Assembly (NCBI GenBank): GCA_021432655.1
Contig: MU271190.1
Coordinates: 77,866-141,865 of the forward strand
Origin: Atractiella rhizophila
Lineage: Eukaryota
Direction of reading: 5' to 3'
Length of the DNA stretch: 64,000 nucleotides
Below, piece after piece: positions 63,190 through 64,000 of this stretch (position 1 is its first letter; every line of letters begins with the position of its first letter). The notes under the pieces were generated by a model. That model saw only the letters and a list, made by a program, of their open reading frames with translations, had not been told where the DNA came from and made no database searches. A program made the position numbers and the translations under genes.

Positions 63190-64000
63190 AGGATCCTCGC
63201 AAAGGCGTCTGTGATTCCGACGTCCACAAATGGGAAGATCGCGGATTTCAGCGTCAAAGTAGCTATGGTCACAAAACTGCCGGCGTAGTCGTTGCTGGGA
63301 CGTTCCACCTCTCCCCTCTCGTCTCTCATCCACTTGCGACATGAACACGGTTTGGCCCCAAAGTCACACCACTCAAGAAGGGAGATCGCGTCGAGCTTGA
63401 GCCAGGAGAGAGAGAGACTCTTAGGACTGTTACGACTGCAAAGCGGGAAAGTATCACCTATGCCCTTCGATCAAGTTCGCCACTACCCCTCCTTTTGTGA
63501 GTTTTCCTCTTCCTTCTATCCGCTCTATGGTACATGTTTGGGGTGCTAACTGCATTGGATGGCAGAACAGAACTCTCCAAGGTTCTACAAGCTCCCAGGC
63601 GACCTGTACGACCGCTTTGTCTCGTCTACTCCTCTCTCCGATCGCTCACTTGTCATGTCTATGCTGGAGTGCCTGCAAACTTCAGAGTGTGTGTTTCATT
63701 CCCTCTGCTCCCATGGAGTATCTTGTGTAACGAAACGGACTGAGAAGAACGTTCCCTAGAAGAAGACGTGATGGTCAAACCGCCCATGGCCGTCCAAAGC
63801 GTGGCAAGCATCACTGGATGAAAGCTGTGTTGAACGTCGCCATCTGATCTGCGGGTTCGTCTCCCTGCCCCTACTCCTCCTCTATCTGTTGAATAACGAA
63901 CAATAACGTTGTTGTGAAGCGCTGATCCCGTTGGACTCCTCGCACGGTCAGTCGCGAGATGCTCGAAAGATGATCGCCATCGACATCCAAGAGTGTAAGC
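63190..64000 (+). pseudogene. Sorbitol/xylitol dehydrogenase relic, copy 3 (runs to window end)
   Basis: GVCDSDVH, KKGDRV, colinear with 56370-57150. Confidence 0.7.

Overview
Eukaryotic DNA, most likely from a basidiomycete fungus: genes carry short (~50 bp) GT-AG introns with CTRAC branch sites, and the repeats show CpG decay. Core genes are an EMP24-type p24 cargo receptor, an HMG-box protein, a Zn2Cys6 factor / PhyH dioxygenase / MFS sugar porter trio, a B-box DUF2009 (UPF0652) gene and a Ser/Thr-rich membrane protein. These are interleaved with a fast-evolving, immunity-like gene set. It has two paralogous NLR-like STAND NTPase genes with 120-bp TPR arrays. One is truncated by the window start; the other splices to a ~1549-aa patatin-STAND-TPR protein whose patatin domain lacks the canonical DGG catalytic motif. 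There are also four paralogous intronless F-box/LRR-like genes (one intact, three frameshifted in a ~5.7-kb tandem amplicon with polyol-dehydrogenase relics), an HNH relic and a NYN-like/CCCH gene. Mobile DNA includes a nested Ty3/Gypsy relic, two LTR families, a telomere-linked-helicase-like RecQ relic and a near-identical 2.68-kb tandem duplication. An assembly gap lies at 57951-58468. All family assignments come from motif recognition by eye; no database searches were run.
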